Of a stretch of DNA of 64,000 nt, positions 42,467 to 53,882 are shown piece by piece; the first letter of the stretch is position 1; every line of letters starts with the position of its first letter. The position numbers were made by a program, and so were the translations under genes. The DNA comes from an uncultured Actinomycetota bacterium (GTDB taxonomy: Bacteria > Actinomycetota > Actinomycetes > Mycobacteriales > Mycobacteriaceae). A model generated the notes under the pieces. It had not been told where the DNA came from. It searched no databases and saw only the letters and a program-made list of their open reading frames with translations. The stretch covers positions 78,794-142,793 of the forward strand of contig CAVTKI010000003.1 in the NCBI GenBank assembly GCA_963735245.1, given 5' to 3'.

Positions 42467-45133
42467 CCGCGCCGTCGGGGGTCGTCACGTTCCTGTTCAC
42501 CGACATCGAGGGCTCGACGCGGCGTTGGGAGGCCGACGCGGATGCGATGCGGGCGGCGCTCGAGGCCCACGACGAGTCTTGCGGGAGGCCATAACCGGTC
42601 ACGGCGGTTCGCTGTTCAAGCACACCGGCGACGGGGTCTGCGCGGCGTTCGGGTCACCACGAGCGGCCGTCGACGCGGCGGTCGCTGCGCAACGGGCACT
42701 GGAGCTGCCGGTGCGGATGGGCATCGCGACCGGTGAGGCCGAGCTACGCGACGGCGACTACTTCGGCGCCGTGCTCAACCGCGCGCGCGGCTGATGGCCG
42801 CCGGCCACGGCGGGCAGATCCTGCTCGACGGCCAAACGGCTGGTCTGATGACCGGTGTCGACCTGATCGCACTGGGCCCCAAACGCTTACGGGATCTTGC
42901 CCAGCCGGTGGACGTCTTTCAGGTCGGCGGCAGCGGGTCTGGCAACCGAGTTCCCGCCGCTGCGGACGCTGGACCGGGCGCCGGGCAACCTGCGCCCGCA
43001 GACGACGTCGTTCATCGGGCGTGAGGCGCGAGGTCGCCGACGTTCGGGCGGCAGTCGACGCGAACCGGCTGGTGACGCTGACCGGCGTCGGCGGGGTCGG
43101 CAAGACGCGGCTCGCTCTCGAGGTCGCGGCGCGATCGGTGAGCAGCTTCGCCGACGGGGTATGGCTGATCGAGTTGGCCGCGGTCGGCGATCCGGGCGCG
43201 GTGCCCGACGCGGTCGCCGCCACCCTGGGGATCACCCAGCAGGCGGGGATGACCATCTCGGACAGCGTCGCGGCGGCGTTGGAGGGTAGATCACGCCTGC
43301 TTGGTGTTCGACAATTGCGAACACGTCCTGGACGCTGCCGCCGAGCTGATCGATGGAATCTTCGGTCGGTCGGCGACGGTGAGGATACTCGCCACCAGCC
43401 GCGAGGGCCTGCGAGTCGCGGACGAACAGCTCTGGCCCGTAACGTCACTCGACATCGAATCGAGCGCGGCAACACTGTTCGTCGAGCGCGCCGAACGGGT
43501 GGCACCCGACCTGGCAGTCCGCGCGACCGATGAGGCGGTCCTGGAAATCTGCCGACGCCTGGACGGAGTCCCTCTGGCGATCGAGCTGGCCGCATCGCGC
43601 CTGCATTCCATGACGGTCACCGAACTGCGCGATCGGCTCGACGATCGCTTCCGGCTGCTGGTCGGATCGCGACGCGGACTGGAGCGTCACCAAACCCTGC
43701 GTCATGCAGTGCAGTGGTCCTACGATCTGCTCGACGACGTCGAAAGATCACTGCTGCAACGGTGCTCGGTGTTCGCCGGCGGGTTCGACCTCGAGGCGGC
43801 CGGCTCTCTGGTGGACGATGGCGACGAACTCTCGACCTTGGATCTGCTCGACTCCCTGGTGCGCAAGTCGCTACTGGTCGTCGACCGCACCTCCGGCCGG
43901 ACGCGGTTCTCGATGCTGGAGACCATCCGTCAGTTCGCCGAAGAACAACTCGCGGCGAGCGGCGCCGCCGAGGTGACCCGCGCCGCGCACGCACGACATT
44001 TCGCCGGGCGGGAGGCCGCCGTGCTCGCGCTATGGGACGGTCCACGGCAACACGACGCGTATGCCTGGTACACCGTGGAACTCGCGAACCTGCGCGACGG
44101 CATTCAGGTGGGCCGCCGACCACGACGACATCGACAGCGCGACGACCATCGCCGTTCTCGCGACGTTCCTCGGGTTCTGGGTCGAACAGTTCGAGTCCGT
44201 CACGTGGGCAGAGGAGATCATCGCACCGGCACGGGCGGTCGAGCACCGGCGGCTGGCGCAGCTCTACGCGATGGCGACGCAGTGCTACGCGGCGGGCCGA
44301 CTCGAGGACGCCTTCGGCTATGCCGACGCGGCGAGGCTGGCCATCGACAGCGGACGTTTCGACCCGGTTCCCTACGATTTCGAGAGCTGGCTCGGCGGTC
44401 CCTACATCTGGACCGGCGTTCCCGAGCGCTGGCTTGAGCTGTGTCGCAACATGATCGCGCAAGACCGGGACGATGGCTACTTCGCCGAGGCGAACCTGGC
44501 GGTGGCGCTGACCTTCACCGGTGCCGGTGAAGAGGCACTGGCGGTGTCGGAGCACCTCGTCGCAGCCGCGGAAGCCACAAACAATCCCCTGGTGCTCTGC
44601 TACACGCTAGTGGCGTTCGGCTACCCGCGCCGCGACTCGGACCCTGTCGCCGCGTACGAGGCCTTCCGGCGCGGCTTGACCATCGCTCGCGACAGCGGAA
44701 ACCGGCAGCTCGAGTCGCACCTGGCTGGGAACGCGACGATGCTCGCCGGACTTCTCGGCGAGCCGTCGGACGCCTTCGACTATCTGACCATCGCGATCCG
44801 CAACCACATGGACTCCGGCAGCTTCTCTCTGGTGTTGACCCCGCTGGCGATCCTGGGCACCGTCTTGGACCGGCTCGGACGCCACGAATCCGCCGCGACC
44901 ATAAGCGGATTCGCCGACACTCCCTTCACGAGGGCGTCGTTTCCCGAGATGGCCGCCCTCGTCGATCACCTGCGCGAAGCGCTTGGCGACGACGCCTACG
45001 GTGCACTCGCCGGGATCGGCGAAGCCATGGCGCCGGCGGCCATGGCGACGTACGCCTTCGAGCAGATCGACCTGGCCGGGCAACGCTCCGACGACGCGTC
45101 TACGAGCTCCGACGAGGCGTCGAACTCAGGTAG
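42463..45133 (+). CDS. Class III adenylate cyclase - STAND ATPase - helical repeat protein, copy 3 (frameshifted)
   Basis: Same motif set; end placed at TAG 45131-45133 assuming one missing base after EQIDLA (as-sequenced frame runs to 45224). Confidence 0.85.
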
Positions 45134-45207
45134 CCGACTACTCTATGGCGCTCGTCACAGCCGCGTGACGCTGGTCTGGATAGTCCGCTCGCCCCCGAGG
45201 AGATCCG

Positions 45208-46446
45208 ATGACCATCGAACTTGACCGGCCACACTCACCGAGCGTCTTCGAAGCCGGGCTGCCCTCCGTCGACTACGAGCAAACCCAGGATCCCGAGGAG
45301 GCGCACGCGATCCTCCGGCACGCCCGTGAGCAGGCGCCGATCGCGCTCGGGTCACACGGCCCCGAGTTGCTCACCTACGAACTCGTGCACGCGGCGCTGC
45401 GCGATGCGCGGTTCTCCACGCCGCCGGGCTTCATCCTCGCCGCACAGGGCATCACGTCCGGGCCACTGTGGGATCGGGTGGTCAACAGCCTGCTGTGCAT
45501 GGACGGCGACGAGCACCACCGGCTCCGCCGACTGGTGTCGAAGGCGTTCACCCCCCGCGCCGCCGCGCGCCTGCGCACCACCATCTCGGAGGTCATCAAC
45601 GAGCTGGTGACGCCCCTGACCGCGATCGGCAGCTGCGACATCGTGACCGACGTCGCGCAGAAGTACCCGATCCCGATCATCTGCGCGCTGCTCGGCACGG
45701 ACCGCGACGATTGGAAACTGTTCTCGGACTGGACCGACGACATCATGAAGACGTTCGGCTGGACCGCGGCCCAGGAGGAGGCCAACATCCTGCGCTCGTG
45801 GGCTGCGCTCGACGCCTACCTCGACGACATGATCGCCGCACGGCGCGAAACCCTGACCGACGACCTGCTGTCGGACTTGATCCGCGCCGAAGACGACGGC
45901 GACCGCTTGACGCACGACGAACTGCTCATGCTCGCCTCCGGCCTTCTGATGGCAGGCACCGACACCACCCGCAACCAGGTGGCCGCCGCGATCTACACCC
46001 TGTGCGATCACCCCGACCAATGGAAGCTGCTGGCCGAGAATCCAGAGCTCGCGCCCAACGCGGTCGAAGAGATCCTGCGGCACTCCCCGATCGCCGCCGC
46101 CACCTTCCGCGCCGCGACCGTCGACGTCGAACTCGCCGGGGTCACCATCCCGGCAGGCACACTCGTCGTCGTGAATTCCGCCAGCGCCAACCGCGATCCC
46201 GCCGTCTACGACGATCCCGATCGGCTCGACATCACCCGCGTCGCCCCGTCGGCGATGCTGACGTTCGGTGGCGGTGTGCACTACTGCCTCGGATCACACC
46301 TCGCCAGAGCCGAACTCGTCGAGGCGCTCACCGTGATGACGCGTCGCATGCCCAATATGCGGCGCTCCGGACCCGCGCCGTGGAAGCCGCTGACCGGCTT
46401 GAGCGGCCCGATCACGCTACCCATCGAGTTCGACACCGGACACTGA
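45208..46446 (+). CDS. Cytochrome P450
   Basis: AGTDTT I-helix, EEILR, ANRDP, FGGGVHYCLG heme motif. Confidence 0.95.
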   Translation: MTIELDRPHSPSVFEAGLPSVDYEQTQDPEEAHAILRHAREQAPIALGSHGPELLTYELVHAALRDARFSTPPGFILAAQGITSGPLWDRVVNSLLCMDGDEHHRLRRLVSKAFTPRAAARLRTTISEVINELVTPLTAIGSCDIVTDVAQKYPIPIICALLGTDRDDWKLFSDWTDDIMKTFGWTAAQEEANILRSWAALDAYLDDMIAARRETLTDDLLSDLIRAEDDGDRLTHDELLMLASGLLMAGTDTTRNQVAAAIYTLCDHPDQWKLLAENPELAPNAVEEILRHSPIAAATFRAATVDVELAGVTIPAGTLVVVNSASANRDPAVYDDPDRLDITRVAPSAMLTFGGGVHYCLGSHLARAELVEALTVMTRRMPNMRRSGPAPWKPLTGLSGPITLPIEFDTGH

Positions 46447-46452
46447 TCGTCC

Positions 46453-47730
46453 TCAAGCGCGCAGCGAGACCAGCTCCGCAGGGTCGGCCGACGCGTCCTC
46501 GGATGACTCCTGCCGCTGAAACGGTGCGCGCAGCGTGGGCACGAGGTGCCTGCGGTTCACGACGAGGCCGGCCACGGCGAGCACGGCGTACACACCACAG
46601 AGGATCAGCCTGCCCTCCGTCGACGTGATCGGGAACTGCACGACGAACAACGCCAGCAGAGCCCACGCCGTGTACCGGTGGAATCTCAGCGACAGGATCA
46701 ACGCGATGCCCATCAGCGTCTGCGTCGCGGTCAGCAGCACTTCCTCGATCTGCCTGCCGTCGAGCACCAGGGCCGAGCCGCCACCACCTGCCATGTAGGC
46801 GATGGGCAGCGAGCCCATCAGCAGGGTCCACTGGTTGACCTTCGACGAGATCAGCGTCGCGATCGCCGCAGTGCCCTTGCCGCGGGTGGCGAAGATGATC
46901 GCGATGATGAACTCGGGGGCCTCCGACGCGAGCGGGGCGAGCCATTGCACCAGCAGGAACTTGTCGATGCCCAGCTCGGTGCCCGCGCCGATCAGACTCT
47001 CGGCGAACGGCTCGGCGCACGCCAGGATGACGGCGGCGGCCAGGACGAACATCGCGACGACGACCGTCCGGCGGGCTTGATCCGGCAGACCACCGATGGC
47101 GGCCGCCGTTCCGATCAGTTCCGGTTCTTCGACGTCGCCACGGGTGAGCTTGTACAGGTAGAAGCCGAACCAGGCGAGCAGAGCCACTCCGAGTACCAGG
47201 TGGATGCGGCCGGTGGCCGGGATGACGAACGCGATGACGCCCGCGACCAGCAGGAAGCCGAGTTCGACCCGGTTGCCCGGTTCGAGCGCCATCCCGTTTG
47301 CCTTCTTGCCGGTCACCTTCCGCGCGACCGCGAGGCTGACCAGGACGACGATCGGCCAGCCGATGCCCATGAGCAGCCGGTTCGATCCGGTCATGTTGGC
47401 CGCGGCGTACTGGGTGTACTCGGCGTTGTGACCCGCCGTGTACGCGTAGTACAGGTCGACGGCGTATTCGGGCAGCACCGCGATCAGCGCCAGCACCGCG
47501 ATCGCCAGACCACCGGAGACGTCGATCTGGGCCGCTTCGGCCGCCCATGCCAGCACGAAGCTGGCCGAAACCACGGCGGCACCGTAGATGACCAGTGCGA
47601 CAACGGGATTCGGGTGCAGGCCGGCGAACCGCACGACCAGGGCGGGCACGATGAACACCATCGTGACGAGGAGGGATCGACGCAGCGTCTGCCGGTGGGT
47701 CCGTGGCGGCGCGCCAGTACTGAGGGCCAT
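46453..47730 (-). CDS. Ca2+/cation antiporter (CaCA family) membrane protein
   Basis: Alpha repeats AVLPEY...ANMTGSN and ASEAPE...ISSKVNQ; start MALSTG with AAGGA RBS. Confidence 0.85.
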   Translation of the reverse strand: MALSTGAPPRTHRQTLRRSLLVTMVFIVPALVVRFAGLHPNPVVALVIYGAAVVSASFVLAWAAEAAQIDVSGGLAIAVLALIAVLPEYAVDLYYAYTAGHNAEYTQYAAANMTGSNRLLMGIGWPIVVLVSLAVARKVTGKKANGMALEPGNRVELGFLLVAGVIAFVIPATGRIHLVLGVALLAWFGFYLYKLTRGDVEEPELIGTAAAIGGLPDQARRTVVVAMFVLAAAVILACAEPFAESLIGAGTELGIDKFLLVQWLAPLASEAPEFIIAIIFATRGKGTAAIATLISSKVNQWTLLMGSLPIAYMAGGGGSALVLDGRQIEEVLLTATQTLMGIALILSLRFHRYTAWALLALFVVQFPITSTEGRLILCGVYAVLAVAGLVVNRRHLVPTLRAPFQRQESSEDASADPAELVSLRA

Positions 47731-47797
47731 CTCTGTCCTTGAGTCCGCGACCCTGATCTCGTGGCATGGCGAGACCTCGGGTCGACAACGTATGTCG

Positions 47798-47918
47798 GCC
47801 GAAGGTCTCGCTCGCCGAACCTGGTGTCCGGTGGATGACCGGGCGGCTACCGCCGCCAGCATGTCGACCATCCGCGTCCCGCCGCAGGTGCGGCGGTCGG
47901 GAACTACTCCCCTTCGCT
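47798..47918 (-). ncRNA. yybP-ykoY (Mn2+) riboswitch
   Basis: Minus strand reads GAAGGGGAGTAG...GGTCGACATGCTGG...GCGAGACCTTC, upstream of a cation transporter. Confidence 0.85.
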
Positions 47919-48098
47919 GCGACGACCATACCTCGCCATCGCTGAAGTCAGCAACGTAGCTGAACTACCAAGTATTCCGGTCGATGCCGCTGAATTTGCT
48001 GCTCATAGGCGGTAAATAATTAGTTCGTGGACTCGAATTCTCGAGTTTGGCTAACCTCGCCAGCGGCGCGCGGGAAGCCTCACGACCCGGGCGCAAAG

Positions 48099-48133
48099 AG
48101 AAGCCCCGCGACCACCTCGATCGCGGGGCTTCT
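48099..48133 (-). terminator. Intrinsic terminator of pckA
   Basis: AGAAGCCCCGCGA ... TCGCGGGGCTTCT stem just past the pckA stop. Confidence 0.75.
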
Positions 48134-48150
48134 TGGAGATCTGTCGGCGC

Positions 48151-49980
48151 TCAGTCGGCTTCGGCGAGCCGGGTCTTCAGCGCGTCGAACTCGTCCTTGA
48201 TGCCGGTGGGCAGCTTCTCGCCGACGAACTCGAACCACTCCTCGATCAGCGGCAGTTCCTTGCGCCACTCGTCGGCGTTGACCGCGAGCGCCTCGTCCAC
48301 GTCGGCGGCGTTCACGTCCAGACCGTCCAGGTCGAGGTCCGCCGCCGTCGGCACGATGCCGATGGGGGTGCTCTTGCCGTCGGCCTGGTGCTCGATCCGC
48401 TCGATCGCCCACTTCAGCACGCGGCTGTTCTCCCCGAATCCCGGCCACAGGAACCGGCCGTCGCCGCCACGCCGGAACCAGTTCACGAAGAACACCGCGG
48501 GCATCTTGGACTCGTCGGCGTTCTTGCCGAGGTCGATCCAGTGCTGGAAGTAGTCGCCGACGTTGTAGCCGAGGAACGGCAGCATCGCCATCGGGTCGCG
48601 GCGCACCGTACCGACCTTGCCCTCGGCGGCGGCGGTCTGCTCGGAACCGAGTGTGGCGCCGATGAACACGCCGTGCTGCCAGTCGCGGGCCTGCGTGATC
48701 AGCGGAACCGTGGTCTTGCGGCGGCCGCCGAACAGGATCGCCGAGATCGGCACACCCTGCGGGTCGTCCCACTCGGGGGCCAGCGTCGGGCACTGCGAAA
48801 TCGGGGTGCAGTAGCGCGAGTTCGGGTGCGCTGCTTTGCTTTCCGTCTCGCGCAGGATCCAGTCGTTGCCCTTCCAGTCGATCAGGTGGTCGGGCTCGCC
48901 CTCGAGTCCCTCCCACCACACGTCGCCGTCGTCGGTCTTGGCCACGTTGGTGAAGACGGTGTTGCCCGCGGCGATGGTCTTCATCGCGTTCGGGTTGGAA
49001 CTCCAGTTGGTGCCCGGCGCGACGCCGAAGAAGCCGAACTCCGGGTTGACGGCGTAGAGCCTGCCGTCCTTGCCGAACCGCATCCAGGCGATGTCGTCAC
49101 CGACGGTCTCGGCGCGCCAACCGGGGATGGTCGGTTGCAGCATCGCGAGGTTGGTCTTGCCGCATGCCGACGGGAACGCCGCGGCGATGAAGTACGCCTT
49201 GTTCTCGGGGCTGATCAGCTTGAGGATCAACATGTGCTCGGCGAGCCAGCCCTCGTCGTGGGCCATCGCCGAGGCGATGCGCAGCGAGTAGCACTTCTTG
49301 CCGAGCAGCGCGTTGCCGCCGTAGCCGGACCCGTAGCTCCAGATCTCGCGGGTCTCGGGGAAGTGGCTGATGTACTTCGTGTCGTTGCAGGGCCACGGCA
49401 CGTCCTCTTGGCCGGGCTCGAGCGGGGCGCCGATGGAATGCAGCGCCTTGACGAAGAATCCGTCCTCGCCGATCTTGTCCAGCGCGGCCTGTCCCATCCG
49501 GGTCATCGTGCGCATCGAGACGACGACGTACTCCGAATCGGTGATCTCGACGCCGAGCTTGGGGTCTTCGGCGCCGAGCGGACCCATGCAGAAGGGCACC
49601 ACCCACAACGTTCGTCCGCGCATCGAACCGCGGTACAGATCCGTCATGAGGCTCCGCATGTCGGCGGGGTCCATCCAGTTGTTCGTCGGCCCCGCGTCGA
49701 TCTCGCGTTGCGAACAGATGAAGGTGCGCGACTCGACGCGCGCCACGTCCGACGGATCGGACAGCGCAAGGTACGAGTTCGGCTGCTTGTCCTTGTTGAG
49801 TCGCTGGAAGGTCCCGGCCTCGACGAGGTGCGCTGCGAGACGTTCGTATTCTTCTTCTGAGCCGTCGGCGAACGCCACCCTGTCGGGCTGTGTTAGCTCG
49901 GCGATCTCCTGAACCCAGGCAAGAAGGCCGGCGTGCTTGGTCGGTGCCGTATCCAGGCCCGGAATGGTCGCTGAAGTCAT
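48151..49980 (-). CDS. pckA: Phosphoenolpyruvate carboxykinase (GTP)
   Basis: [37 protein letters not shown]. Confidence 0.97.
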   Translation of the reverse strand: MTSATIPGLDTAPTKHAGLLAWVQEIAELTQPDRVAFADGSEEEYERLAAHLVEAGTFQRLNKDKQPNSYLALSDPSDVARVESRTFICSQREIDAGPTNNWMDPADMRSLMTDLYRGSMRGRTLWVVPFCMGPLGAEDPKLGVEITDSEYVVVSMRTMTRMGQAALDKIGEDGFFVKALHSIGAPLEPGQEDVPWPCNDTKYISHFPETREIWSYGSGYGGNALLGKKCYSLRIASAMAHDEGWLAEHMLILKLISPENKAYFIAAAFPSACGKTNLAMLQPTIPGWRAETVGDDIAWMRFGKDGRLYAVNPEFGFFGVAPGTNWSSNPNAMKTIAAGNTVFTNVAKTDDGDVWWEGLEGEPDHLIDWKGNDWILRETESKAAHPNSRYCTPISQCPTLAPEWDDPQGVPISAILFGGRRKTTVPLITQARDWQHGVFIGATLGSEQTAAAEGKVGTVRRDPMAMLPFLGYNVGDYFQHWIDLGKNADESKMPAVFFVNWFRRGGDGRFLWPGFGENSRVLKWAIERIEHQADGKSTPIGIVPTAADLDLDGLDVNAADVDEALAVNADEWRKELPLIEEWFEFVGEKLPTGIKDEFDALKTRLAEAD

Positions 49981-50120
49981 CGATTTCTCCTGCTGGCGGT
50001 CACGGAAAACGCTTCCTAGAGGTTAACGTGGGTGACTTACCCGCGGAGAATCGGGAGCATGTCCGATCGCTCACAAGAACGATTCAGATACGGATTTTCG
50101 ACGTTTTCCGTCATTTCATC

Positions 50121-51281
50121 TCAATCCGTGCGCGCTATTGTGCCGAGGTCCGATTTGCCGATCCGATTTTTCGGCCCCGAGGCACGGTCGGCGAGCTCGG
50201 CGGTGAAGGCGATCTCCGCCTCGAGTAGTCGGCGGGCGATCATCTCCTCGGCACAGCTCCGCAGTGTGCTGGCGACCTCGCCGACCCACCTGTCCATCAG
50301 CGCCCTGTCGTGCAGCACGCCGCGGATGCCGACCACCCAGATCGTCAGCAACAGACCCGCAACACCACCGGCGAGCAGGCCGATGGCTTCGAACCCGTCG
50401 CCCAGTTGACTCGTCAGCCGGCTGAGCGTCAGTGCCACCCCGAGGCCGAAGCCAGCTCCGAGCACCATCATCAACCGCGACTCCAGGCGCCGTGCCGACG
50501 GGCGCAGCGCAGGCAGTCGGGGCGACGGTGGTGCAGCCGGACGAGCTGGCGGGGTCAGCCCGAGGGCGCCGGCGACGTCGTCGACGGCTCGGCCGATGGT
50601 CTCGTCGATCGCCGCGACGAAGTCGGTCGCGGCGCCGCGCACCCCGGCCTGCATCCGCGCCGCCGCGCCGCGCGCGAGTTCGGCCGCCTCTGCCCGCAGC
50701 TCTTCGCCGAGCTCCCCGCACCGGCGGCGCGCGAAGTAGACGAGGGTCAGGCGCGTCCGCTGGATCCCCACCCGGATCGCGAGGGCATCCGCCGATTTCG
50801 ACGGCCGGTGCCCGCGGATCGGTTCGGTCCGGTGCGCCCGCACCTCGTTGCGCACGGCGAGGTCGGGTTCGGCGAGGCCTGCCCGCAACGTGTCGACCAG
50901 CACGTCCACGTCGGGATCACCGAGATCCGGCGCCGCAGCGACGCCCACCCATGCCGTCCGCAGATGGCGCCCGTCCCGGCCGACGGCCAACGCGCGATCC
51001 GCGGCCAGCACGTCGCGCCAACGCCGGTGCGCATCGATCTTGGACACCGCCGCGACCAGCAGTTCGGTGCGCGCCGAGGCGCTCTCGATCAGGTCGAGAT
51101 CGGAGTCGACGAGCGGTGCGACCGCCGAGGTGACGAAGACCACGGCATCGGGCGCCCCGGCGCAGGAAGCCTCGATGACGGCGTGCTCGGGCAGGCGTTC
51201 CGCGAGCACCTCGGCGAGGCTGGTGACCCCGGCCGACGGTGGCCCGACCACGGCGATGACGTGGTGGTTCGGCGCGGTCAC
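50121..51281 (-). CDS. Rv0210-like protein (degenerate P-loop, C-terminal TM hairpin)
   Basis: VVGPPSAGVTSL, VSKIDAH, LGAGFGLG TM pair; position between pckA and trmB. Confidence 0.75.
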   Translation of the reverse strand: MTAPNHHVIAVVGPPSAGVTSLAEVLAERLPEHAVIEASCAGAPDAVVFVTSAVAPLVDSDLDLIESASARTELLVAAVSKIDAHRRWRDVLAADRALAVGRDGRHLRTAWVGVAAAPDLGDPDVDVLVDTLRAGLAEPDLAVRNEVRAHRTEPIRGHRPSKSADALAIRVGIQRTRLTLVYFARRRCGELGEELRAEAAELARGAAARMQAGVRGAATDFVAAIDETIGRAVDDVAGALGLTPPARPAAPPSPRLPALRPSARRLESRLMMVLGAGFGLGVALTLSRLTSQLGDGFEAIGLLAGGVAGLLLTIWVVGIRGVLHDRALMDRWVGEVASTLRSCAEEMIARRLLEAEIAFTAELADRASGPKNRIGKSDLGTIARTD

Positions 51282-52280
51282 GAACAGCCGTCGAGCAGTC
51301 GAAGCGAACCCCGGGTGATGGCGGCACTGCAACTGCGGTGCAGCGCATCGACGGGACCGCGCCCGTACCGCCGCCACTGCACGGCGCGGCGAAGGTGCGC
51401 GTCGGGTTGATCACCGGGATCGACGCGGATGCCGTCGGCTTCCACCACGTCGACCGCGGCGGCCATCGTGGCGAGGACCGCGGCGTCGGAGTTGAGCAGC
51501 CGGAGCAACCGCTCGTCATCCAATTGGACTGCCAGCGAATGCATTTCGGCCATTGCAGTGCGTCGTCGCCGGTAGCGGACGGCAGCGGCAACGGCCTCGA
51601 GCCCTGCCAGCACGGCGTCGACATTGCTCAGCGAGCGCAGGTGCGCGGGGAGGGCCGTCGGGTCGGTGCCATCGGCCAGCGCGAGCACCGCATGCGCGAT
51701 GCCGAACCGGTCCAGCCGCTCGAGCAGCCGCGCCCTGACGTCGGGGCTCACCGCGTGCTCGCCGCTGCTGAACGCATCGACGGAGGCCAGGTCGGCGGGC
51801 GTGCGCACCAGCGTGCGCAGCGCATCCACCAGGTCGTCCTCGAGTGCGGTCGACGCGGCCGAGCAGGCCCACCATGGCGACGGTCGGAATCCCGGTCCGT
51901 CGCTGCACGTCGGCCGCGCGGCGGTGCGCGTTCGGCAGTGCGCCGCCGGACCGTGATCCAGTCAGGTCGGCCTTGTTCAGCACGATGAGCGTGGGCAGTC
52001 CATCGGCGGCCGTCGCCCGCTCCTCCGGCTTGATGGCCTCGACGATCACCAGTACCTGGACGTCGGCGGCGCCACCGCCGCCGGCGACGTCCACACCGTG
52101 GCCCCTGAGCGCCCGTGCCACCGTGTCGCGGCCCACCCCGGGTCGGCCGACGACCGCAACGCTCAACGGTTTGCAAAGCCGGTCGATTATCGGGAACAAA
52201 CGCGGCATGGGCGCAGTTTCAGCGAATTTCGCCAGACGCTCGTCGAACATCGTCGGCTCACCCGGTTTTGAAATCGGCAT
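51278..52280 (-). CDS. Rv0209-like protein, frameshift near 51850
   Basis: VVGRPGVGRDTV, VLNKAD, LERLDRFGIA; stop overlaps the downstream start (GTGA). Confidence 0.75.
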
Positions 52281-52418
52281 CACGCGGTTAACCCCCAGCC
52301 CATCGTCGCATCTCGGCGACGACGTCCCGAGCAGGGATTTCCGGGGCACCGGCACGATACGGGCGGAAGGCAACTGTTGGGTATCAATCTGTACCACGAT
52401 GCGGGTACACCGCCCTTG

Positions 52419-53180
52419 ATGAGCGACGATGGACGGATGCATGCCCAGCGCGAGGAGGCCGCTCAACCGGCCGCAGTCCCTGCGCACCCCTACCCACGGA
52501 TCACCAGTTTCCGGTCAAGGCGGTCTGCCCTCTCGGGCGGTCAGCAGGAGACCTGGGAACGACGCTGGCCCGAACTCGGCATGGGGGCCAGGGACTCCGA
52601 CGGCCGACCCGCCGGGGAACTGGACACCGAATCGTGGTTCGGCCGGACGGCACCGGTGGTCCTGGAGATCGGCTGCGGCGCCGGAATCTCGACCCTGGCG
52701 ATGGCCGCCGCCGAACCCCACCTCGACGTGGTCGCCGTCGAGGTCTACCGACGCGGGCTCGCACAACTGCTCGGCGGTGTCGACCGGGCGGGCCTCAACA
52801 ACGTGCGGCTCATCCGCGGTGACGGCGTCGACGTGCTGGAACACATGCTGGCACCGGGGTCGCTGACCGGCGTCCGGGTGTTCTTTCCCGACCCGTGGCC
52901 CAAGGCACGCCACCACAAGCGCCGGCTGCTGCAGCCGTCGACGGTGGCGCTGATCGCCGATCGCCTCAAACCCGGTGGGGTGCTGCACGCCGCCACCGAT
53001 CACGCCGGGTACGCCGAGCAGATCGCCGAGGTCGGCGACGCCGAGCCGCTCCTGCGCCGGGTGGCCCCCGATTCCGACGGGCTGCCGATCTCGGCCACCC
53101 GACCGGTCACGAAGTACGAGGCGAAGGCCCGGCACGCCGGCAGCGCCGTCACCGAATTCCTCTGGGAGAGATGCCCATGA
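52419..53180 (+). CDS. trmB: tRNA (guanine-N7)-methyltransferase
   Basis: LEIGCG, FFPDPWPKARHHKRR, ATDH..YA, TKYE. Confidence 0.95.
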   Translation: MSDDGRMHAQREEAAQPAAVPAHPYPRITSFRSRRSALSGGQQETWERRWPELGMGARDSDGRPAGELDTESWFGRTAPVVLEIGCGAGISTLAMAAAEPHLDVVAVEVYRRGLAQLLGGVDRAGLNNVRLIRGDGVDVLEHMLAPGSLTGVRVFFPDPWPKARHHKRRLLQPSTVALIADRLKPGGVLHAATDHAGYAEQIAEVGDAEPLLRRVAPDSDGLPISATRPVTKYEAKARHAGSAVTEFLWERCP

Positions 53181-53878
53181 GCGTCACCGAAGACATCCAG
53201 CAGCTCGAGCCCATTCCCGAGACGCCTGCACCGCGGATACCCGTGCCGCAGCGCGTGCTCCTGGTGTGGGACGCCCCGAATCTCGACATGGGCCTCGGCT
53301 CGATTCTCGGCGGCAGGCCGACGGCTGCGCACCGGCCCCGCTTCGACGCGCTCGGCCGCTGGCTGCTGGCCCGCACCGCCGAACTGTCCGCCGCCCGCGC
53401 CGACGAGAATCCGCAGGTCATGTTCGAGCCGGAGGCCACGGTCTTCACCAACATCGCGGCAGGGAGCGCCGACGTCGTGCGCCCCTGGGTGGAGGCGCTG
53501 CGCAACGTCGGCTTCGCGGTGTTCGCCAAACCCAAGATCGATGACGACAGCGACGTCGACAGCGACATGCTCGACCACATCGCGTTGCGCCGGCGCGAGG
53601 GCCTGGCCAGCGTTTACGTCGCCTCCGCCGACGGCCAGGCGTTCCGGCTACCTCTCGAGGAGCTCGGCCGCGACGGCATCGGAGTGCACGTTCTCGGATT
53701 TCGTGAACATGCGAGTTGGGCGCTAGCGTCGGATACCTTGGAGTTTGTCGACCTGGAAGACATCCCCGGTGTCTTCAGGGAGCCACTACCGCGAATCGGC
53801 CTTGATTCGCTGCCCGAGCAGGGCGCTTGGCTGCAGCCGTTCCGGCCGCTGTCGTCGCTACTGAACTCGCGCGTCTGA
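53177..53878 (+). CDS. NYN domain protein (Rv0207c-like)
   Basis: VWDAPNLD, DSDVDSDM, ASADGQAF; ATGA overlap with trmB. Confidence 0.9.
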   Translation: MSVTEDIQQLEPIPETPAPRIPVPQRVLLVWDAPNLDMGLGSILGGRPTAAHRPRFDALGRWLLARTAELSAARADENPQVMFEPEATVFTNIAAGSADVVRPWVEALRNVGFAVFAKPKIDDDSDVDSDMLDHIALRRREGLASVYVASADGQAFRLPLEELGRDGIGVHVLGFREHASWALASDTLEFVDLEDIPGVFREPLPRIGLDSLPEQGAWLQPFRPLSSLLNSRV

Positions 53879-53882
53879 CAAC

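Noticed and set aside
47731-47871. N-terminal extension of the antiporter ORF
   Set aside because: Overlaps the riboswitch; a better RBS and start lie at 47730
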